Part shown: positions 35,333 to 43,640 of the stretch, one piece after another
Numbering within the stretch: position 1 is the first letter of the stretch
Layout: the number at the start of each line of letters is the position of its first letter
From: Nemertoderma westbladi
Lineage: Eukaryota; Animalia; Xenacoelomorpha
DNA length: 43,640 bases
Assembly: GCA_032718475.1 (NCBI GenBank)
Contig: JAUCBJ010004433.1
Span: 1 to 43,640 of the forward strand
Direction of reading: 5' to 3'
The notes under the pieces: model-generated
Seen by the model: the letters and a program-made list of their open reading frames with translations, nothing else
Databases searched by the model: none
What the model was told of the DNA's origin: nothing
Position numbers and translations under genes: made by a program

Positions 35333-36111
35333 TATATAAAGTCGCCAAAATAAATATAAATAAAATAATATTTGGAACATAGGCTACCAAAAAGTTAATA
35401 CTATTAGTATTAGACCAGTACACAAATAAATAGACCTACATGCGCCACAACTCATGGTGATAAAAGTTAACCAATATCGTACCGGTGTACTACTACAGTT
35501 AGGCAGGCCTACATATCTTCCTAAATTCTCGAACGAGTTTTTTCGTGGGATTCTAAATCGGCCCCGACATTAAAGGAATTGCGATTCGTTTCGTAATAAT
35601 CAGATATAAAGCAACCGTAAATATTTTTAAAACAAGGTACACCCCTAACGGGGTAAAAGCTTTTATTTCTTTTAAAATAATTTTTAAAATAAATATACTG
35701 GCCGAAATATAAATTAAAATTATGAAATAAAACTATCGCGATAAATAAACAGTTAGTGATTTTGTTGGTCCTGCAATTTTATTTTTATTTTTATACAAAA
35801 TTTTTTTATATTTTTAAACAAAACAATATCAAAATAAGCTTATCAAAATCAATCACACAGTTGCGAGGATTTTTTCAAGGGGATTCATTGTCCCAAATTG
35901 TTTCCTAATTTTCATTACCAGCCTTGCAACTGATGCAGTATCAAGTGCATTACATTCATATTCTTTGCGGTCGATTTAGCCTTTCCTTGCAACCTGAAAG
36001 TTATTCAACGTAGTCTTTATGTTCTAGAAGAATGGTGTACTAATAATTGCATGGAAATCAATCTATCGAAAACCGAAAACATTAGACATAATTAATTATT
36101 TACAATATATG

Positions 36112-36518
36112 TAATGACGGGATATCAATAAGGAACTACCGCCTCTCTGACGAGGAGAGGATCCATTACGGCGTTCGTCCACGTCGCAACGATCCCCCAC
36201 CAAATGGGTGGTCGGGGGACGATTAAACTCTCATCTCCCTCCCGCAAATCCGATGCCCAAACTCCCCCCCTTCCACGGTACTCTATGTGAACTCGAATGC
36301 TAGTGAAATAGATTGGAACGAAAATATAACTTCGGGACTTTGGAATGTCGAGAGACTCAAATCGATTTTAGAACTATCACACAAGGATCCCATATTTGAC
36401 TGCGATATATTGCTGCTGACCGAAACAATGGTAACGAACTCTCTGGATATTCCTGGTTATTATACATTCGAATCTGCCGCCCAAAAGCCCGTCGGTAGAG
36501 GGAGGCCCTCAGGCGGAA
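36112..36518 (+). mobile_element. LINE fragment: N-terminus of APE endonuclease, possibly preceded by the end of ORF1
   Basis: GLWNVERL...DILLLTET...IPGY...GRGRPSGGI matches APE motifs I-III. It breaks at a (TA)n tract. Confidence 0.75.
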
Positions 36519-36539
36519 TATATATATATATATATATTT

Positions 36540-36853
36540 ATTGACAACGATTTAACAACAATGATGAATGCAGAAAACAATGAACTTTGCAGGACATTGC
36601 TTTCGCCGTGAGGACCAGCCAGTGCATAATATTGTGCTTTGGCAGCCTCATGGAGTGAATAAGCATGGTGGACAGCCCATGACTTTCTTGAGACGCATCT
36701 TAAAAGACATTGGCCTTGAAGATGCGGATGATCTAGCAAATGTCATGGGTGATAGGGAGTTGTGGCGGTGCAATTTTGTTGATAAGCCGGCACAGCATTC
36801 TTAAAAATGCAGCTGCAATGCAACATGCCGATCCTAGTAGTAGTAGTAGTAGT
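36540..36853 (+). mobile_element. RTE-like LINE 3' fragment with (TAG)n tract
   Basis: FAGHCFRREDQPVHNIVLWQP...MGDRELWR resembles the C-terminus of the element at 3150-3949. (TAG)n at about 36835-36853. Confidence 0.75.
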
Positions 36854-37306
36854 AACAACAATGATGCCGCACACCAGCAAATCAGTCAAAATAAACGCGG
36901 TCGTAGTCCAGCTTATACATGTTATAAACCTATTGTAAAATCCTAAGGCTAAATATGAAACACTGAAGAAGTAAGTAAACATTTAAACAGTATATAAATA
37001 ATAGATTCATCAGGCGACGGTATATAAATATATAAAATTGATTAAATAAATTGGCTACATGATACAACTTATCTGGTCTAACTAAACACGGTGCGATGTA
37101 GTAGTGTGTAAATGGAACTAAATATATGTTACCGAATTGATGGGAAAAAAAATAAAACTAGATGAGTGCTGAGACTAAAGTTACCCTGAAGAGTCAAATG
37201 CAACACATATACTTAAGCTATATAGACACTATATATACTACTAGTTGTACTTAAGCAACGATCTATATAAGTTTAATTGATTAACTCAATAGCTGAATAA
37301 GTTACG

Positions 37307-37371
37307 AATAATGGCGTAAATGTATGCCAATTACTAATAATGGCGTAAATGTATGCCAATTACTAATAATG
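37307..37371. repeat. Two-copy tandem duplication, 29-bp period
   Basis: AATAATGGCGTAAATGTATGCCAATTACT at 37307 and 37336. Confidence 0.85.
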
Positions 37372-37429
37372 TTATAATTTACTAATAATAGTCTACACAT
37401 AGACTATTAGATCGATTATATACTCTACA

Positions 37430-38257
37430 TGGTCGTAGTGTAAATGCATTACAGTCTTGTATAGAGCTCCTGTATTTCCTACGAAACAGGATATGGTCTA
37501 TCTGGGACTTGTGACCACTGGGTCCACTATGAGTCCATAGCTTTCCAGTTCGCTTCTTGAACTGGGTTCCAACCGAAAACAATCCATTTCCAGAGATAAA
37601 ATCCTGAAGATGGACGGAATTTCGGTTGACACTATTGCTATAGACCCATGGCGATGTAGGTGATTGATGCAGACTTGCTTTAAAGTCTTCCAGGAATGTT
37701 AAGAATGCATGCTGATCCACTCCATCAGTAGCTGCTTGTAGATTGTGGTAGAAATTTTCCATCTCCTCTACAGGGGCAACACTAGTTGGAGAGTAGCACA
37801 CAATCAGAACCACCTTAGAAAACTTCTTAGCCAGTCTTCCAGAACATGCGGACAACGGACGATGCGGTTAGAGATTTGGTCTATTTTGCCCAATGCTGCA
37901 TGTGCAGTTGGATTCATCAATAGACCAATACCACCATTGCCACTATCATCTGCTGAAGCGAGGGCGAGTCGCCAACCGCCCCCCATGTCCTTAATAAGAA
38001 CCTCATCAGTCTGTCCAGTCTGCTTTCGGTGCTCTTGTACACCCACTGCGCTAAGAGAAAGCTTATCTGCCAAGGCAGTCAACTCACCTTATCGCATTGG
38101 GGACCCGAGTGTTAGGGTGTTTACTGAGGCTAGTCTAGTGACTTGCCTCATATTCACCAATGGCTTTTTTGGTCGGGGTGGAACATGAGAGTAGCCTCCA
38201 ACTCCAGAATCCTTCTCCCCCTCACAATCTGGCCTCCCTGGTGACCCAGGGTTTGGG
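37430..38257 (-). mobile_element. RTE-like LINE 5' fragment: APE endonuclease domain, frameshifted
   Basis: LASVNTLTL...AVGVQEHR...GNGGIGLLM...VCYSPT...WTHSGPSGHKSQIDHIL, spread across ORFs 38089-38271, 37804-38082 and 37382-37855. Confidence 0.85.
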
Positions 38258-38649
38258 CCAGACACCGACACAGACTGCTACAGGGGCATCGCATCGCTCT
38301 GCTTTCCAATTCGTTCAAAGTCTTCACAAGTTTAATAGCATTTCGTTTACGCCAGCTAGTTTCTAACTTCATTCCACACGAACAGTACGGTTTCATACCC
38401 GGTAAATCTACCTCACAACCACTAGCACAACTAATCAACCGTGTTCATAGGAACTTAGGATCTCCTAAAAAACCACTCTACGCAGTTTTCGTAGACTTTC
38501 GCAAAGCCTTTGATTCTGTTCCACGCTCCAGGTTGCTCTTTAAACTAAAAACACACTTTGGAATATCGGGAAATCTTTACGAAATTATTAAGGCAATATT
38601 AAAAACGAACTACATACAGGTTTTTTACGGCCTTCGAAATTCTAGAATG

Positions 38650-38974
38650 GTGAAACAAACTCGGGGTCTCCTACAGGGTGATAGCCTGAGTGAAACAAAC
38701 TCGGGGTCTCCTACAGGGTGATAGCCTGAGTGAAACAAACTCGGGGTCTCCTACAGGGTGATAGCCTTAGTGAAACAAACTCGGGGTCACCTACAGGGTG
38801 ATAGCCTGAGTGAAACAAACTCGGGGTCTCCTACAGGGTGATAGCCTGAGTGAAACAAACTCGGGGTCTCCTACAGGGTGATAGCCTGGGTGAAACAAAC
38901 TCGGGGTCTCCTACAGGGTGATAGCCTGAGTGAAACAAACTCGGGGTCTCCTACAGGGTGATAGCCTGAGTGAA
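38650..38974. repeat. Satellite 6, left block: 40-bp unit, about 8 copies
   Basis: Unit GTGAAACAAACTCGGGGTCTCCTACAGGGTGATAGCCTGA, encoding the RT motif VKQTRGLLQGDSL. Confidence 0.97.
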
Positions 38975-40298
38975 CGTAATAAACGTTTGTAATAAACGGA
39001 ACTGACGATGACAAACGCGACTTCATTATTGGGAACAAAGCAATAAAAAATACAAATTCATATATATATCTGGGCTCACCTATTTCTGCAGACGGTTTAG
39101 TTTCAACCGCAATAGAGCTGATAGCAAAGGAGAAACAGTCGCACTTATTGAAATTCTCTACATTCATCAATAAGAACCCTGATGTACCATTCCGTGTGAA
39201 AAGGAAAATTTTTGATGCTGCATTAGTATCAGCAATTACATATGGGTGCGAAACATGGTGCGGTGGGTCAATAGTTCCAATGACGAAGATTTACATGTCA
39301 ATGGTACGTCTGTTATTGGGTGTCCGACCAACAACGTGTGGCGACATTTGCCTGATCGAGCTCGGTATTCCTGACTTTGAGACTTTAGTCCTGGACAAAC
39401 AACGAAAATTCTTAAATAACTTCACTATTGTCGATGATTCCCCTCTAAAGATAGCTATGGAACTCGTTGAAGTTTCTAGAAGTCCAATGTACCTAGCTAT
39501 GGAGAGGGTAAGGAAACTGCCCAATAATTACCTTGATCAGCAGCATTCAAAACTCACGAAATCGGTAGTAACATCAATGACAACAAAACGTCACCTTTAT
39601 AAACTAATGAACCCTACTACGTCACCACCTCATTTATACTTTGATCCAAGGGTTCCAGAACGTCATAGGATATCCTGGTCCCGCTTCAGATTAGGCAGCC
39701 ACAATTTCCCAGCTGAGCGAATGCGGTGGGCGAGAGTGAAACCAGAGGAGCGTTGGTGTCAGTGCGGGGCAATTCAAACTGAACAGCACTTAGTTACGGA
39801 GTGTCCTAAAACACTGAAACATAGAACAGAGACAGAGGGGTGTACTGGAACGGCTTGGAACGATCTGGCTAGTTTATTTGCTTTGGAAAACCAGCCTGCT
39901 ATAGCCAAAATGATTTATAAAATAAACGGCGAATTTGATTGATATTTTGAAAGAATTTTCTATTTGAAAGGTTGAACATATTTGGTTTTTGTATCTTAGT
40001 TTCATGACAATTTATTTATTTGAAAATTTAAGTAAGTGAAGTTTCTTTTACGGAGCCCCTGAAGTTTTCATTAGTTTTCGACAATGAATCGATTATTATA
40101 TATATTATATATATATTTTACTATTATTGTGCTATATTGTATTTATAATATATTTATTTACTGTAAGAGAATTATTTAGTGTTCTTACCGGAACATTTAA
40201 TGGTCTCACCATTCTTCACACGGCCAAGAAGTAATTAATTTGTGATATAATATTGTGTATTTATATGTGATGACAATAAACTTCAATCAATCAATCAA
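38975..40298 (+). mobile_element. Young 5'-truncated LINE inserted into satellite 6 (RT C-terminus, CCHC domain, 3'UTR, (TCAA)n tail)
   Basis: Uninterrupted frame 38986-39942 with YIYLG, YGCETW, RFRLGSH and C-Q-C...EQHLVTECP. AATAAA followed by (TCAA)4 at 40275-40298. Apparent duplication of about 24-26 bp (38949-38974 and 40299-40324). Confidence 0.9.
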
Positions 40299-42879
40299 TC
40301 CTACAGGGTGATAGCCTGAGTGAAACAAACTCGGGGTCTCCTACAGGGTGATAGCCTGAGTGAAACAAACTCGGGGTCTCCTACAGGGTGATAGCCTGAG
40401 TGAAACAAAACTCGGGGTCTCCTACAGGGTGATAGCCTGAGTGAAACAAACTCGGGGTCTCCTACAGGGTGATAGCCTGAGTGAAACAAACTCGGGGTCT
40501 CCTACAGGGTGATAGCCTGAGTGTAACAAACTCGGGGTCTCCTACAGGGTGATAGCCTGAGTGAAACAAACTCGGGGTCTCCTACAGGGTGATAGCCTGA
40601 GTGAAACAAACTCGGGGTCTCCTACAGGGTGATAGCCTGAGTGAAACAAACTCGGGGTCTCCTACAGGGTGATAGCCTGAGTGAAACAAACTCGGGGTCT
40701 CCTACAGGGTGATAGCCTGAGTGAAACAAACTCGGGGTCTCCTACAGGGTGATAGCCTGAGTGAAACAAACTCGGGGTCTCCTACAGGGTGATAGCCTGA
40801 GTGAAACAAACTCGGGGTCTCCTACAGGGTGATAGCCTGAGTGAAACAAACTCGGGGTCTCCTACAGGGTGATAGCCTGAGTGAAACAAACTCGGGGTCT
40901 CCTACAGGGTGATAGCCTGAGTGAAACAAACTCGGGGTCTCCTACAGGGTGATAGCCTGAGTGAAACAAACTCGGGGTCTCCTACAGGGTGATAGCCTGA
41001 GTGAAACAAACTCGGGGTCTCCTACAGGGTGATAGCCTGAGTGAAACAAACTCGGGGTCTCCTACAGGGTGATAGCCTGTGTGAAACAAACTCGGGGTCT
41101 CCTACAGGGTGATAGCCTGAGTGAAACAAACTCGGGGTCTCCTACCAGGGTGATAGCCTGAGTGAAACAAACTCGGGGTCTCCTACAGGGTGATAGCCTG
41201 AGTGAAACAAACTCGGGGTCCTCCTACAGGGTGATAGCCTGAGTGAAACAAACTCGGGATCTCCTACAGGGTGATAGCCCTGAGTGAAACAAACTCGGGG
41301 TCTCCCTACAGGGTGATAGCCTGAGTGAAACAAACTCGGGGTCTCCTACAGGGTGATAGCCTGAGTGAAACAAACTCGGGGTCTCCTACAGGGTGATAGC
41401 CTGAGTGAAACAAACTCGGGGTCACCTACAGGGTGATAGCCTGAGTGAAACAAACTCGGGGTCACCTACAGGGTGATAGCCTGAGTGAAACAAACTCGGG
41501 GTCACCTACAGGGTGATAGCCTGAGTGAAACAAACTCGGGGTCTCCTACAGGGTGATAGCCTGAGTGAAACAAACTCGGGGTCTCCTACAGGGTGATAGC
41601 CTGAGTGAAACAAACTCGGGGTCTCCTACAGGGTGATAGCCTGAGTGAAACAAACTCGGGGTCTCCTACAGGGTGATAGCCTGAGTGAAACAAACTCGGG
41701 GTCACCTACAGGGTGATAGCCTGAGTGAAACAAACTCGGGGTCACCTACAGGGTGATAGCCTAAGTGAAACAAACTCGGGGTCACCTACAGGGTGATAGC
41801 CTGAGTGAAACAAACTCGGGGTCTCCTACAGGGTGATAGCTGAGTGAAACAAACTCGGGGTCTCCTCAGGGTGATAGCCTGAGTGAAACAAACTCGGGGT
41901 CTCCTACAGGGTGATAGCCTGAGTGAAACAAACTCGGGGTCTCCTACAGGGTGATAGCCTGAGTGAAACAAACTCGGGGTCTCCTACAGGGTGATAGCCT
42001 GAGTGAAACAAACTCGGGGTCTCCTACAGGGTGATAGCCTGAGTGAAACAAACTCGGGGTCTCCTACAGGTGATAGCCTGAGTGAAACAAACTCGGGGTC
42101 TCCTACAGGTGAGCCTGAGTGAAACAAACTCGGGGTCTCCTACAGGGTGATAGCCTGAGTGAAACAAACTCGGGGTCTCCTACAGGGTGATAGCCTGAGT
42201 GAAACAAACTCGGGGTCTCCTACAGGGTGATAGCCTGAGTGAAACAAACTCGGGGTCTCCTACAGGGTGATAGCCTGAGTGAAACAAACTCGGGGTCTCC
42301 TACAGGGTGATAGCCTGAGTGAAACAAACTCGGGGTCTCCTACAGGGTGATAGCCTGAGTGAAACAAACTCGGGGTCTCCTACAGGGTGATAGCCTGAGT
42401 GAAACAAACTCGGGGTCTCCTACAGGGTGATAGCCTGAGTGAAACAAACTCGGGGTCTCCTACAGGGTGATAGCCTGAGTGAAACAAACTCGGGGTCTCC
42501 TACAGGGTGATAGCCTGAGTGAAACAAACTCGGGGTCTCCTACAGGGTGATAGCCTGAGTGAAACAAACTCGGGGTCTCCTACAGGGTGATAGCCTGAGT
42601 GAAACAAACTCGGGGTCTCCTACAGGGTGATAGCCTGAGTGAAACAAACTCGGGGTCTCCTACAGGGTGATAGCCTGAGTGAAACAAACTCGGGGTCTCC
42701 TACAGGGTGATAGCCTGAGTGAAACAAACTCGGGGTCTCCTACAGGTGATAGCCTGAGTGAAACAAACTCGGGGTCTCCTACAGGGTGATAGCCTGAGTG
42801 AAACAAACTCGGGGTCTCCTACAGGGTGATAGCCTGAGTGAAACAAACTCGGGGTCTCCTACAGGGTGATAGCCTGAGT
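40299..42879. repeat. Satellite 6, right block: 40-bp unit, about 64 copies
   Basis: Same unit as the left block, very homogeneous. Ends AGCCTGAGT and continues directly into the RT sequence. Confidence 0.97.
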
Positions 42880-43640
42880 CCTTCCTATTCATTCTGTTTA
42901 TCTTCGACCATCGTGTGCTATATTAAGAACGCGCAGTAAAATTTGGTGAATTAACCATCCTCCTCTTCGCGGACGACTTGACCTTTACGGCGACTCTAAA
43001 GATGTTATCCAGGCCGGTCTAGATGGTACAGCAAAATGGGCTGCAGACACGGCGTCGAGGTCAACTATCAAAAACAGCAATATGAAGTTTCGCCGCGGGG
43101 CCGCTTATGTGCGTCAGATACGTTTAATTACAACGGATTCCAGTCCAGGTGGTCAACTGCTACAAATACCTAGGCGTCACCCTACAAACTACACTCGAAG
43201 TTTACAAAACACGTAAACTATTGTAACGTGCAAGTCAGTCGCCGCAATCCACACAATCAAAAATCCCAATCTGTTATCGCTTCAAACAGCAATAAAGTGT
43301 TTAATCACAAAATATCCCGATTGTAATATACAGCTTAAGATAAATTTGGCCTTTCCTGACCTCCAATAATTTGAAACAACTCGACAAAATAAAATCAACT
43401 TAAAAAGGTCCTCTGCCTCCATAAGTCAACTCAAAACCGATTGGTAATCAATCGCTCTATGTAAGGGACGCACAATGATATCAGAATTAGCTACCCCCGC
43501 TTATCAACAATATCAACTAGAATCAGATTCAAAATAGCTGAAAACACCCATCATTCTGGAACTCAATTGAATTCGCAAATCGTACTTGGGAGTCACCAAA
43601 CAATTCAAATCGCCACGTTTTCACCCGTTTCAGTTAACAC

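Larger units (their letters stand above)
38258..43640 (+). mobile_element. Decayed LINE RT gene hosting satellite 6 and a nested LINE
   Basis: Left part: YRGIA...EQYGFIPGKST...VFVDFRKAFDSV...VKQTRGLLQGDSLS. After the array (42880 onward): (P)FLFILFI...LFADDL...YKYLGVTLQT, with many frameshifts. Confidence 0.88.

Noticed and set aside
36142-36170. Hammerhead ribozyme core CTGACGA (also on the minus strand at 2097-2103)
   Set aside because: No correctly placed stem II/GAAA or cleavage triplet; the site is a simple hairpin or coding sequence.
40301-41971. Short minus-strand ORFs within satellite 6
   Set aside because: They are translations of the repeat with no independent coding evidence.
41140-43640. 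Dense single-base indels as a biological signal such as programmed frameshifting
   Set aside because: Many lie in homopolymers and they increase toward the window end, so they may be consensus errors or neutral decay.

Overview
Eukaryotic (invertebrate-like) genomic DNA, not a prokaryotic locus. About 65% of the window is six unrelated tandem arrays with units of 29/32, 47, 40, 53, 23 and 40 bp. Most of the rest is decayed retroelements: LINE RT and APE fragments, LTR-like pieces, a triple CCHC zinc-knuckle ORF and a MITE-like element. One intact spliced host gene can be rebuilt on the minus strand, a 3-exon cyclophilin B/C-type PPIase (35332-34971, 33881-33652, 16155-16001; about 248 aa). 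Its 17.5-kb second intron is mostly satellite. Main observation: both 40-bp satellites are tandem amplifications of a piece of the reverse-transcriptase coding sequence of the LINE they sit in. One of them begins a chain running LINE, 40-mer, 53-mer, 23-mer arrays joined almost without spacer. The ~3000-aa ORFs in the ORF track are a by-product of a stop-free 23-bp repeat. All counts are by-eye estimates; no database searches were run.
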